A stretch of DNA of 64,000 nucleotides, from positions 62,001-126,000 of the forward strand of contig KZ538043.1 of assembly GCA_000934665.2 (NCBI GenBank), given 5' to 3'. Each line of letters starts with the position of its first letter. Positions within the stretch are counted from its first letter, which is position 1. The translations under genes were made by a program, and so were the position numbers. Positions 39,383 through 51,500 of this stretch are shown here, one piece after another. The stretch comes from Catajapyx aquilonaris (taxonomy: Eukaryota). Under the pieces are notes generated by a model, which was not told where the DNA came from, made no database searches, and saw only the letters and a program-made list of their open reading frames with translations.

Positions 39383-41019
39383 AATTTTTGAATGGTTTTT
39401 ATTATTGTTGTACTTGATTTTTGAGGACACACATTTTTTGAGTTAAAACCGAATCAATCCCAATTCATTGCTGAAACATTTTTAAGTTTGAACATTTTTT
39501 CTCTGCGTAGGCTGTACTATTATTTTGAATGGCCTTCAAATCTTCTCAACTTAAAATAGTTCCCAATGCTTTTGAGTGAAATACATAATTAAAATAGCTT
39601 AATTATTTATACAACTTTTTATCGGTTCAGGTAATTTCTTTATTAAGATAGACTTCACATATTTCAGAATAATTAATGTCCACTGAGTCTACCGGAAGTG
39701 CGAGATGAGTGAAACCCCCCCCCCCCTGAAAATTAGCCAAAAACCATTCCAAATATTATATAAAATAAATAACATATAAGTTAAATAACTTAATACATAA
39801 TAAAATAACACAATGACTTAATTAATTAACCAATTCATTGAGGATATTGACATAATATCAATTCAAAAGTATATAGGCCTGTTATAAAGTGCTGTAAAAT
39901 ATTGTGGACTAAATGAAGACTATGTAATAATGTATTGCAGATTAACCACATAACAATTATAATGAAATAAAATAATATAAAAAGCAAGTAAAACAGGAAG
40001 TAAATGATATGTAGCAATATAGCCGCACATCCTTCAGAGGCATCGCCTCTCCAAAAACTAGTCTTATAGCCTCAAAGATTGCATTGAAACCAATATGTAG
40101 TACTGTACTATACGTATGCAGCAAGTGTGTATAGAATGCCGTCAGCGCAGTGCTGGAGTCGAGATTTACACGTCCGTTCCTGGATATTTGAGGAAAATCG
40201 TTTGATATATCCCGGGTCCGGAGGGCTTGCACAATAGTCCGCTCCGCCTCTCAGCAGGCCTTGTTCCAAAGGCATCAAAGATTAGACGAGGAGCAAACAG
40301 TTCCGGGGAAGCTTTATTCTCCATGGGCTTGGCTGGCACAGAGAGGGCATATATATATAGGGGAAGGTTTCTGCTTCCATATTCCCCGCTCCACTGTTCT
40401 TCCCCGCCCCGGGGTGACCAAAAGTGACAGCGGTTGCCAGCTGCATTAATAAGCTCGCCTTACATGTGCGCCAGACAGACCAGTAATTGAAAACGGTGCG
40501 ATCAACAGATGGATCCCAGCAAGGATCCTCGACGCGGGTTTATCACCGTAATTGTAAACTCTCTCTGACTCCACCCGCCCCCCAACACCCACACCCTCCC
40601 TTGTAATTTTGCGAAATTGGGGACTCCGGGGCGTGAAAAGTTTGTTAATGACACGCGCAAAATGAAACAATTTCACGCCCCCACCTTCCTTGTGTCAGGA
40701 ATGAAGAAAGTGTAGTTCAAGCCCCTAGCTGTGAGAGGAGGGGGTGATAAGAGAGAGAGAGAAACGCAGTTGAAGGATTTCAATTTCAAGCCGTCGAACA
40801 AACTCGGCGGGGTACCCTTCCGCAGTGCCGGTACAATGTGAGACGATGCTTTTAGAAACGCCTCTCCTCTCAAAGGGGGAGACCGACATCCTACGATTCA
40901 CTTGCAAGATTATATTCCTGCAGATCTGTCTTTTGATGATGTAATTGCACTTTTCTTGCTTGTTTGTCGCTTTGTGTGCATATTCCCATTAACTTGTTTC
41001 CAACTTGTGACATGAACTA

Positions 41020-41698
41020 CACTGTAATTCATGTACCGTTTCATGTACCGACTTGGATGTGCTATTTTGTTATAAATAAAATAATATCGTCTACAAGTCA
41101 GTGATGTAGACAGTATTTGACGTCCAAGTCGGTACATCGTGATGTACGGTACCATTTTCAAGTCAGTACATTGTGATATACGGTACCATTTTCAAGTCAG
41201 TACATTGTGATGTACGGTACCATTTTCAAGTCAGTACATTGTGATGTACGGTACCATTTTCAAGTCAGTACATTGTGATGTACGGTACCATTTTCAAGTC
41301 AGTACATCTGAACGATGGACTGTCTTCCAGTCAGTACATCTGAACGATGGACTGTCTACAAGTCAGTACATCTGAACGATGGACTGTCTACAAGTCAGTA
41401 TACATCTGAACGATGGACTGTCTACAAGTCAGTACATCTGAACGATGGACTGTCTACAAGTCAGTACATCTGAACGATGGACTGTCTACAAGTCAGTACA
41501 TCTGAACGATGGACTGTCTACAAGTCAGTACATCTGAACGATGGACTGTCTACAAGTCAGTACATCTGAACGATGGACTGTATACAAGTCAGTACATCAG
41601 ATGTACTGAACGATGGACTGTCTATACAAGTCAGTACTGTAGACGGTATTTGTTGATCACGAAGTACCGCCTCCGGAATCAGTACATGAATTACAGTG
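41020..41698. mobile_element. Non-autonomous CACTG-terminus (EnSpm/CACTA, CMC-like) DNA transposon containing a minisatellite
   Basis: Perfect 17-bp TIRs CACTGTAATTCATGTAC (41020-41036) and GTACATGAATTACAGTG (41682-41698), TA on both flanks, and an inverted subterminal motif (ATGTACCGACTTGGA at 41043 versus TCCAAGTCGGTACAT at 41123). No transposase ORF. Confidence 0.85.
41091..41653 (+). repeat. Two-block minisatellite: about 5 x 34 bp then about 10 x 32 bp, sharing the core CAAGTCAGTACAT
   Basis: 34-mer CGGTACCATTTTCAAGTCAGTACATTGTGATGTA at 41147, 41181, 41215, 41249, 41283 (last partial). 32-mer CAAGTCAGTACATCTGAACGATGGACTGTCTA with CTGAAC at 41308, 41340, 41372, 41406, 41438, 41470, 41502, 41534, 41566 and about 41606. 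Confidence 0.95.
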
Positions 41699-44011
41699 TA
41701 CAAGTGTAGCCAAAATAACAGCATAGTTTGATAATTTGCCAGTGGATATAAGTTACCTCAATATTGTGCATTTGAAATTGCACTTAACTTTAAAGATGGC
41801 TTATAGCACCCCCACAGAATTGGATTCCGGATCCCCAAAAAAACTCCTCCTTTCCCTCCTCCTGGTTCTATTCGGACTCTGCCACTGACAGTTGAGGTAT
41901 TTTGCTTCTCTCCACCAAGCAGGTCCTAGGGAAAACCCAGTTTTCCACGGCCGCGGCTTACTCTGTTTGTTCTTTGTGAGAACGGTCGGTCCACTTTTTT
42001 TTTGGAGTTAGGGAGGGAGAAGGGGGTTGGCTTGAAAGATCGCAAAGGCGCCCGGCGCTACTGACCAACAGGAAAAAAAACTAGAGGGGGTGGACTCCTA
42101 TAAAAAGAAGAATAGTTGTGTTTTGGTCTGCGGACGACAGGCGTCATCCAGAGAAGCGGTTCCTTCCTCCTAGGTCCTATATATTGTTATAAAAGGGCAT
42201 ATAGGGTGGTGGGTTTGGAAACCGGACCGCATGGGGAGGTCCGGTGGGTTTCTGTTGACGATGGATGAATGTTTTGTAATGTGGGGGAGGGGAGGGGTAG
42301 GAGAGGCATAGTGACTTTGCTGACCTGTGACATGGATGATGTGGAAGGCCACTCTGGGAGCCCCCTCTTCAAAATCAGGACCATGTGAGAGTTAGTTGGT
42401 GTGTTGCGGTTCCCTGACGGAAGTAAACCGCAGGAGTTTTTTTTTTTTTGGAAAACTGGGGATTGGCATGGTGCGTATTTTTTAAAGCAAAAAAAAAACC
42501 TGGGGCGCTTTTGCTGTAATATATAGCTAGAGGACGAATTGCGGATTTTTGTAGTTGAGAGTTGGATATTTTTTTAAATAAAAAAAAGGTAGGGTTCCCA
42601 ACTTATTGTGGTCCGGACACGTTTTTTTTTTTCCCCCGGGTGCGCTGCGGGAGAAGTTTGGTATACTGTATGTTGGGGGTTCAGTTATAAATATTATGTG
42701 AGTTGTTGTAATGTGTGGCACTCAAGCTAATGCAGGTTTGAAACACTATTATTGCATTTAGAACTTATCTACATAATTATGCGTCATACATATAGCTTAA
42801 ACTCATTATTAATGCCGAAACTATTAGGCACTATTAGCTCCTAATAGTGGGCATGTTCCGGAACCGGCTCGGTTCAGTGTGAACGACCCAAGATTTTGGG
42901 ATACACTATTTTGATTTTTTTTCTCGAAATGTTTCAAAAAAAATTTTCCTGTCCAGATTCCCGTGCGTGATTTTTCCAGTCTCCTGCAAAGTGCATCCCG
43001 TATGATCCCGGTCCCTCCCATTGGCTGTCCCTCCCTTGACTATCTGGAGGTATCCGCCCTCCTGGCATCGGATTGGTCCGCTGGCGAGATCCAGGGGGAT
43101 GGCCTGTATGGCTGCTGGGGGAGGTGGGTTGCTCTGGAGGTGGGTGGCTGCGATGCAGAAAAGAGAAGCAGACACTCTTCTTCCGGGAGACCCAGCGGTC
43201 TGGACCCACATCATATTGGGGATGGTCTCAACACCAAGTCTGTAGAAAAAAAAAAAAAGGTGGGGCTGCTGCGCTCCAAGCGGCGATTCCAGTGGAACTC
43301 TTGGGGGTTTGGTGGCCTGCCTTTTTAGTAGTGTGTGTGGTGTTGGGGGTCTGCGTGCGTCTTGACGGACATTGGTCACGCGGGGAACGTCCCTGGCCCA
43401 AGAAGGCCTGGATGACATGCAACTTGAAGGTAAAAGCACTTTTTTTTTGTATGTGTGGTTGGGGAGTTCCTTCGCCTTAAGGAGTGTGGGTGGGGGGATT
43501 GATTGAAGACTTGCGCCACCAGATATCGTTTTTCACATGTTGCATCTCTCTGGCACATTTCATGTGTAGGACTCCGAGGTAGGCCTTACTCGACGTGTAG
43601 TACCGGTTATGTCACGGAATCAGGGTGAAATGGCAATGTGTACGTTTGGTCGTGAGATTGTCACTGAACTTTGCTTATAGTGAGACAGCGTGTATGTGTG
43701 TGGGGGAAAATGTGCTTAGCCCACTCTCTTATAATTTTTTAACTGACAGTTACGAGCTAATTGCAGTTTAAGTTAGTCAACGTGACATTTCATCTTTTTA
43801 AGGGTCACTTAAAATGTGACCAATATCGAACTTCTATACCTGTTGTAATAATAATAATGTCTGGTACTGTATCATCACAGGCCTATACTATAATGTGGGA
43901 TCGGATGTAGGCCTATCACGTGAATCTTTCATGTAAATTATAAGAAATCTTGGGTGAATCTCGCACTCGATGTACATTTGGGTGGGTTGAAATAATATGA
44001 ACTTCAATGTA

Positions 44012-44210
44012 CAGGGTGTTGCATTTTTCAAGTTACAGGTGGAAGGGATAGGGTAAGATGTGGATAGTTTGATCCAGCAACCGGTAAAGAGAAGAAAAAT
44101 CACAGATCTAGTTGCTTCTTTCTAAACCGGTTGATGGGGGCAAACAATTTATATTTTCTTTCCCTCCCTCTCCTCGTGAACTTGTGTGACTTGGGAAGTG
44201 CATCACCCTG
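44012..44210. mobile_element. Tc1/mariner-type MITE with TIRs related to those of 5520-5691
   Basis: TA|CAGGGTGTTGCATTTTTCAAGTTACA versus right-end reverse complement CAGGGTGATGCACTTCCCAAGTCACA (21/26). Right flank is CA, possibly a mutated TA. Confidence 0.7.
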
Positions 44211-44630
44211 CATGTTAGGCATGTTGTCTTGATCATAGTGATATCATGCGTGGTTGTAACAATGATTGCAGGACGGGGTGTAATTGACAAAAGTTATAAT
44301 GCGATTTAAACTATTCAGAAAGTATCAGCCCCTGGGATGTGAGATGCAAGCAATTTTCAGGTCAATGCTTGTGCAATTTGAATTATGATGGGAATGAGCT
44401 GGGGGCTTATCGATACTGTATTATACACCGAGTGTACCATAATTATTTATCATAGAACCCGTGGGACATATATGCCACCATAATTATACAGTCCTTAATT
44501 TATACGCATAAAATATTTGTAATTGTTAAATTGATCGCATATACCTATATCCATGCACTGAGGCTTATTATTCATAGGCCTACCTACAGTTTGATAATAC
44601 ACTGTATGCCTTGATCTTACAGCCACTACA

Positions 44631-44632
<2 letters not shown>

Positions 44633-44690
<58 letters not shown>
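44633..44690. repeat. (ATT)n microsatellite, about 19 units
   Basis: Uninterrupted ttattatt... run. Confidence 0.97.
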
Positions 44691-47600
44691 GACAAATTTC
44701 AGCACAGTTGCAGGACAGTTTTTCTCCCATAGTAAGCGAATTTTAATTACCCATGAGAGGCACTTCCTACCGGTCCTTTTGCATTTCATAATACCCACTC
44801 GTTCGCAAATTATTATTGAAGTTCCCGCCACAGTTTATAAAAATTAGGTTTTTTGTTCATTTCCATGCACGAGAGGATAGCCGGCCGATACCATATCTGC
44901 ATAGTGATAACCCAATTTCCAGAAACGGCATGGAATCCCCCAAACTTTTCCTTGCGTCACTTTGGCTGCGATTATTGTGTCAGAGCAAAGAGGATGCTCG
45001 ACCACCAAAACCGCAGCATTTATCAGCTGGAGAGATACAAACTGCCGGGGCAGACCTCGGTTAACTTTGGAGCCGCCTTGTCTGGTGACTCCCGACAGTT
45101 TTTCGTGTGATCTCCCCTAGCAACCTCTCCAGGCTCTGTCAGCTCCTAATTCAACCCAGCATGTTTACCCAGTGCTTGGTCGGTTCCTCTTGGACGCGTC
45201 TGCCGCTAATTATTCCAGAAGCCTCGTGATTATCTGTTTTATGGTATCATCTGCAAACTGATGCCTGATGAGCATGACTCGCACACATATGACGATTACT
45301 ATCCTGCTGCTGCCCGTACTTGGAATAGCGACCATTCACGAGCTGCCTGACTGTGATAAGGGAAAGGGTATCATCTTTTTATTGCCGTACCACGAAAAGG
45401 ACGAGTCACAATGGCATTTTCGCTGACGATAAAAAAAATAAGTGGCAAAGGTTGTTAGAAGGAATTTTTGCTATTTAGATTGCTGGGTGAAGGTCAGCCG
45501 AGATATTTTATAAAAAAGCCTGTGGTGAGTGAGGTGTTGCAGATTGCCTGTTCATGGCACTAAGTATGACATTTAGCGAATTGTTGGATACGTGACCTTG
45601 GCTGGAATTTGTTGAATAATTCTTCCGAAGCCGGATGCGGGCTCTTGATCTGGGTGAAATTTAGCTGATTGATCGAGTGCCAGTTTTTATCTGGTGGAAG
45701 TCTGTTCAGTTTGACATTTTCCGGCTGTGACATAGTGTGAGGCAGTAATGTTTCTGGTACTTCCCTGAGGAAGTTGAATGTAGGTCTAGTGAATATGAGC
45801 ACTTTGCAAAAAAAATGTGTTCCAAATAAATAGAAAAATTCTACAGTAAAGCTACTGGTACCGGTATTGCAGATTAGAACCGGTTGTGCGAAGACATTAA
45901 ATTAAGGTACACACAGTGCATAATAACTTCATTGTAATTAGTGTGATTAGTATATCACTCACAGTTTCCAGAATGTGCTAAATAATATACTGATTAAAAT
46001 GTCACTAACTGTCACGCTGAATCATCTTGTTACGTAGACATAGCATTAGTGTCTAATTTAAGTTTTTAAAAGTACTGGACTGTTTGTATTTAGATGCACA
46101 ACGCACTTGAGTCATGCGGCATATCATATGCGATCAAACCAACTTAGCTCCCATATCAGTGACACCATCCCTCTAAATAATTGGAAAAAAAGGCTACACA
46201 TTTTTATAGCCTGCACACCGGTACTAAACCGCTTCACTCCCATTATTCCCAAAGTCGTCATGTAACCAAAACTTCATTTGAAATGAGCCAATGCGATAGG
46301 CAAAGGAGGAAAACACCACCTGATACTTTCTTGGCTACCTTTCCCACCAGTAAAAAGAGAGTTAATTGAGTGTGCAATCTAGCTGCGGACACAATATGCA
46401 TAACTGGTCAATGCTGATACCCCATTCGCATTGTCTTCTGGCAGCATGACAACCTCAGCAGGGGCTCTAAACTTCCCTCCGGTCATATTGTCTTTGAATT
46501 TTACAGGAGATTTTTACGATGGGGAAAACGGCAGTCATTCTCGACGCCGACCAGATTATTATAGTGGGGTTGCGGCACACATTCCGATCCCATTTTATGC
46601 CGTCCCAACATATATGACATCGTTTCATGTGTCCTGTGTTGATGTCATCCTGTGTTCCTCGGGAGCTCTTGAGAGGCACGTTCGAGATAAGGACTCACAA
46701 AGGGAGCCTTTGTATATTGTCTCTATCCGGCGTGAAAAGCAGTTCCACGGGGCCTGTAGCTCTTAATCCGTTTCGGGGAATCATGACACGGAGCCAAAGT
46801 TCGGGATCACACCAAGTAAGTGGGCGGCACAGATAATCCCAGAAAATGTTCGGTAATGAGTTTGTTCTGGTAGGCTGCTCCGAGACTGATGTGGTGTTAT
46901 AAGGACCTTGTTATCTGTCTTTTTATGTGGGATGTCTAACTTGCTCCCTTGTTATGTGATCACGCCTCGCAATTTTTTTTATTTTTTTTGGGGGTGGGTG
47001 GAAAATATTTTGGTGCCTGGCACTTGTAGTTCAAGGACGCTACCGCCAGGAGGTGCTTACTCACCTCGGTCGGCAGCCATTGTTGGGAGGTTTATTGCGG
47101 CTGAGTAATAGCCGTACTATCTGGTGTCAGGAATTTTATTTTTCCAGCTCTTAATGCTGGAAGGATGCGTGCACGGGTGTGATTCATTTAGACTAATCAC
47201 CTTACAGACAGGCGGCATGTACGTGGTGTTAACAATAGAGAGCTCGGGTTTGACAAAATGCACGTATCTCTCATCCGTCGAATGCTGGGGTTGGAACACC
47301 TGCAGTGGTGCCAGTAGGTGACAATAACTTCTCTTTCCCAGGAGCTGGGCTCTTAATTGGCGGAAAGCATGGAAGGACACGATCCATGCCGAGCCAACCG
47401 ACTATCCCTTATGACATCCACACTTTTTCGCACGTTATCTGCATGCGAGGGCGTACACTTATTAACAGAGCTCCGAGTGTGGAGACACACATGGAACACT
47501 CGTGGCAATGAGGGTGACTCCCCATGAGATGCAAATAGAGGACGTTTCGTCTCCTACACACCAAAGAAACGAGCGACAAGTGAGGAGCCGCCCATAATGT

Positions 47601-48046
47601 TTTCGGGGGTGGAAATAAAGTCGTGGCCGGGCAGATAGGTGGGGATAAAAGGAAATCAAGATGTCAGGCAGTGTTGACACTAACAGGCTGGGGCGAGTGA
47701 CAGGATCGATGTTTGAGAAGGGGATTGATACTTCCGACGCCGATTAGATAGGAAATGGGGTTTCCGTCCCGAGTTCCGAGAAATGGACGGTTTGGGTTAG
47801 TCGAGACAGGCATATCTGTAGTTTAGTTGAGTCGTAGTAACTATAGTTATTTATTTTACCATTTCTATTTTTTTGGGGCATCGCCGGACTCGAGGAAACC
47901 TGATCCTCCCTGTGTGGTAAGGTGGTCGTGTGGGCCCACCCATGTGAGCAAACTTAAGTCGAGTCAATTCCCCTCGTGCACTTTGGCATCCTTTGTAGCA
48001 ATTGCCCCCCTGTGATACTGAGACCTTCTCCATCTGCTTTTTGCAG

Positions 48047-48519
48047 GAAGCAGTGAGGAAGAGCTCGCGCATTTTCTAGGAGAAGAAAGCAATCCCAGGG
48101 ATCGCATGTTATCCAGTCCCGACATTCCATCCTCTGGCATGGGGCCACACGACTCCACCACCACGACAACTACCACTCTCGCCACCACAACCACCACCTC
48201 AACCACCACCACTATGGTGCCCTCGCGCGAAGAAGAAGACACCGAAGCACCAGAGTCCACCTCCTCTACCTCCTCAGTCCTGCATCCCATTGCCCTCGGA
48301 GTAACAGACCACCATCCTCTCCACCCTTCTTCCCTGAGCCTCGAGCAGAGAATCCGGACCCAAAACACTATGGTTCCGGCCGAGCTGGAGTTGAGGAACT
48401 CCGGGGTCACCCAGGGTCTCGGAGTCTGGAGCAGGCAAACCCTGGCCAAGGGCACGCGCTACGGACCTTACTTTGGCAGATGGACCACTGAGCCACTGGA
48501 ATCCAAATTTTCTTGGGAG
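48047..48519 (+). CDS. ham: Internal coding exon of a Prdm3/16 (hamlet / MECOM / PRDM16-like) PR-SET zinc-finger transcription factor: acidic segment, poly-Thr linker and N-terminal half of the PR domain
   Basis: Translation ends VPAELELRNSGVTQGLGVWSRQTLAKGTRYGPYFGRWTTEPLESKFSWE, matching the Prdm3/16 PR-domain start as I recall it (IPAEFELRES...GLGIW...GEKFGPY...GWE). Acceptor is a pyrimidine tract ending ttgcag|GA (AG at 48045-48046), just after an in-frame TGA at 48019. Donor is GAG|gtaaga (GT at 48520-48521), directly after WE, a conserved PRDM intron position. Entry phase 1, exit phase 0. Family assignment is by recognition, not a search. Confidence 0.85.
48157..48213 (+). repeat. Coding (ACN)n trinucleotide repeat giving a poly-threonine tract
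   Basis: accaccacgacaactaccact...accaccaccact translates to TTTTTTTLATTTTTSTTTT within the exon. Confidence 0.9.
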
Positions 48520-51500
48520 GTAAGAGACCCCGGGCAACTTGTGGCCACTAACCCGACTAACCACAAAAGTAATGTCTTGTGCACGTTTTTCAATAACATC
48601 CAGTAGCTGTTGCAACATTATGGGGGAGACTATTGTATACAACAGGCAGTGACGCACAGGCAGGTTTATCGGTTTATTTTGCTTCTGAGGATTTCCACTA
48701 AGGCTTATCATCGAGGTTAACCCTAGCCTTCCTGACATTTTCTACTCCAACTGCTGCTTGAATGGACTCCATTCTTGCAGCTGAAAATGGTGGAAAATTC
48801 CACTCTTCCTGTCATATCTCGAGGATGAGGTTCGAAACAAAGCGGGACAACCAGGGAAGGGAGGGAAGATGGAAGTTGAAGGGTGCTCGATCCCTCACAA
48901 TAGAGCTTTTCCATTTGGCCCAAATGGTGGATGAGACACCCTCAAAATCTTAAGAATCGTAGGCACGAGAAGTTTTATCTGGCGATTTTTGCAAGCATTT
49001 TTTCTAGACAGGTCGGGGGGTAATTTGTTACCCCACCTCCTCAGATATGGAATTTTTTGGGGAGATCTTTAACACGTGAACCCACCGTCTCACGAAAGGC
49101 TTCCGGACACTTCCCCCGCAAGAATTCGGCTGTGCATCACCATCGCACGAAATGTCCGCATTACTCTGATTCACAGCACAAAGCAGCCAAGTGACACATA
49201 CGACTCGTGCGGATCCCATTACCTCCCAGTGATTACAGACAATAAATTTTGAGCAAATGTAATTGGCATCAATGGAAGTTACGCTGAAGCGTGTGCGATA
49301 TCGGTTATTTTTTTGTTGTTGGCTTTGGGTTAGGGGGAGGTGTTATATAGAAAAGGGGGGGCTACCAAAATCGTTGTTCCCACGTCCCATCGCTAGTAGG
49401 GGGGATTAGGACTTTCATGTCTGGGTCCGCCCCCCACCCCTTACCGGCTTGTGAAAGTGGGGTGGGGGGTCTCTAATCGAAGGCCTTCTGACCCGACCTC
49501 CACGCCGTCTCCCTTTGATTAGAGATACTGGGCAGTTGATCATGCCAATCAAGGCAGACCGCAATCGGCATGCAAAAAAGTGTAGAGGGGGAGGGAAGGT
49601 GGCCAGTAAACCACCCTCTGAAAGAAAGGAAGGAAAAAACGATCAAACGAGGGTGTGTCGAAGGGGACAGCTCGGTGACCCCTGGAGGGACATCGGGAGA
49701 CATCAGGAGAGAATCGTGCTGGAAGGAAATGAGGCCAATGTTGATGACCCATTTGGAAAGAACGCGGTTTCTTTATGCGACGAAACGAAGCCAATATTTG
49801 GAGGGGTCTGGTCACTTCTACCATAATTTGGAACAATTTTTTGGTGAATCACATGTACCGTCATTATCTTTCTGTTATGAACATGATTTTAAGCCCCAGT
49901 GGTTTGAAATATTACATATTAATATCGAGAAAAAATTCACTAAAGAGACACAATTTAATGACAGTTGTAGGAAATTACTGTAATAAGTGTGCTATTGGAT
50001 TGACTACACCCAAAACATATACGGGAATAAAGTGAAAAAATAGTTACAATTTGCGCTAAATTTGCTAGAACAATAATATTTGCAACTCATCTACTTTGCC
50101 AATTTTACACTTTTCAAAATAGATAACAGACACCGTTTATAGCTCCTTGCGCAATATTTTACGAACGTACAGTATACTTGCAGCAATGGACGTGATTCAC
50201 AGCACTTTCTCACTCCGATTTTAGCCCATTACTCATGACATGGTGCGACGGTCAATTAGCCCTTACCGCCCAGTTGTCCTTTTTGAACTGTCGCCCTCAT
50301 TTTTCTGCTTACACATTTTGACAATAACACCATCGAGTCCATTGTGTACGACCTGACCTCAGCAACGTTTGCTGATCTTGAGAGCTCCGTGCAAAATGGT
50401 TGCTTGGATACAAACACCACGCTCATTGCTTCTATAGTCCGACCCGATAGCAAGCCCATATTCCCTTTGTCTTTTAGTGTTTTTTTTCTGCTCCCGGAAA
50501 TGTGGGTAAATCAGTACGTACCTGATTGCGGTTTTTTGGCTAGCGACTTCACTGACAAGAGCGCCGAAATGAGGTTTAATCTCGGCCTGGAGGAGATGGA
50601 TGTGGCCAACGATGAGGAAGTTGCAGAAGCGCGCAGCATCCGCGATCGCAGACGACGACCACAATTTCCGGACCTGATAATAAAACCCAAGCAGGACCCA
50701 TACCTTCAGAGGAAATTAAAAGATAGAAGCGAAAGAGACTATATTTATTGTGAGAGACAACGACAAAATAAAATTATTTATATATAAATTGTATACGTAT
50801 GAAGCAGGCGTGAATTTTATAATCGTGACTTATGCACGTGGGAGATTTTAATATTCTTAGGCTTATAAGGGACCGGATCTGCGGACGATATTTTGGACCG
50901 CCTTCACTTTGTCATTGCCGCGCCCGGAGTGCCGAGAATCAACCGCGGTCATTTGACTGTGGTTCCTTTTCCGCCTTGGGGAGGAGAATTATGGGAAAGG
51001 GTGTCGTGGAATTTTAAGGTGGTGTCCCCTCCTCTCTAGCTATAGGAGACCCCTAGAAGGAGAGGGGGAGACTGGAATATCAAGCTGGGTAAAACCGACC
51101 CTTTTCTTATATACGGATGGTCAAGTGTGGGGTCGCGTTTATGACATCTTGACATATGGCTGGAGATAGGTACAGTGGAATGACTTATATTGATCAAAAA
51201 GTATGGGGAAGGGGGGACTGTCATTGATTGGCCCGATGGAAGCGTCGCGGATGATTTTCCACTTAGGAACATCTGTTGCATTGAGAGGTCGGATGATTTT
51301 CCCTTTGCTGCTGTGTTGTAATCATGGTGATAGCATGATTTACGCCCCTGCACTTCATTTGTTAGAAAATGATGCGATAAGTCTGATGTTGACTCGGCAG
51401 GCAATTTGATGGTGGGGATGTTCAAGCTAGATACGATATTAATACCCATATCTAGTGTGTGTAGAAGATATTTGATGTAAAAATGCGTCATTTGTCACGC

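Noticed and set aside
41091..41653. CRISPR-like repeat-spacer array (constant 13-nt core with intervening sequences)
   Set aside because: The intervening sequences are identical within blocks rather than unique, the core is too short, there are no cas genes, the context is eukaryotic and the array lies inside transposon TIRs.
5520..44210. Excess of G-U-compatible mismatches in MITE arms, suggesting selection on RNA structure
   Set aside because: The hand count was about 9 G-U versus 3 A-C mismatches, too few to distinguish from chance.
44580..44847. Poly-Ile ORFs on both strands
   Set aside because: They are translations of the (ATT)n microsatellite.
47964..48455. 163-aa minus-strand ORF with poly-Val
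   Set aside because: It is the antisense shadow of the poly-Thr exon.
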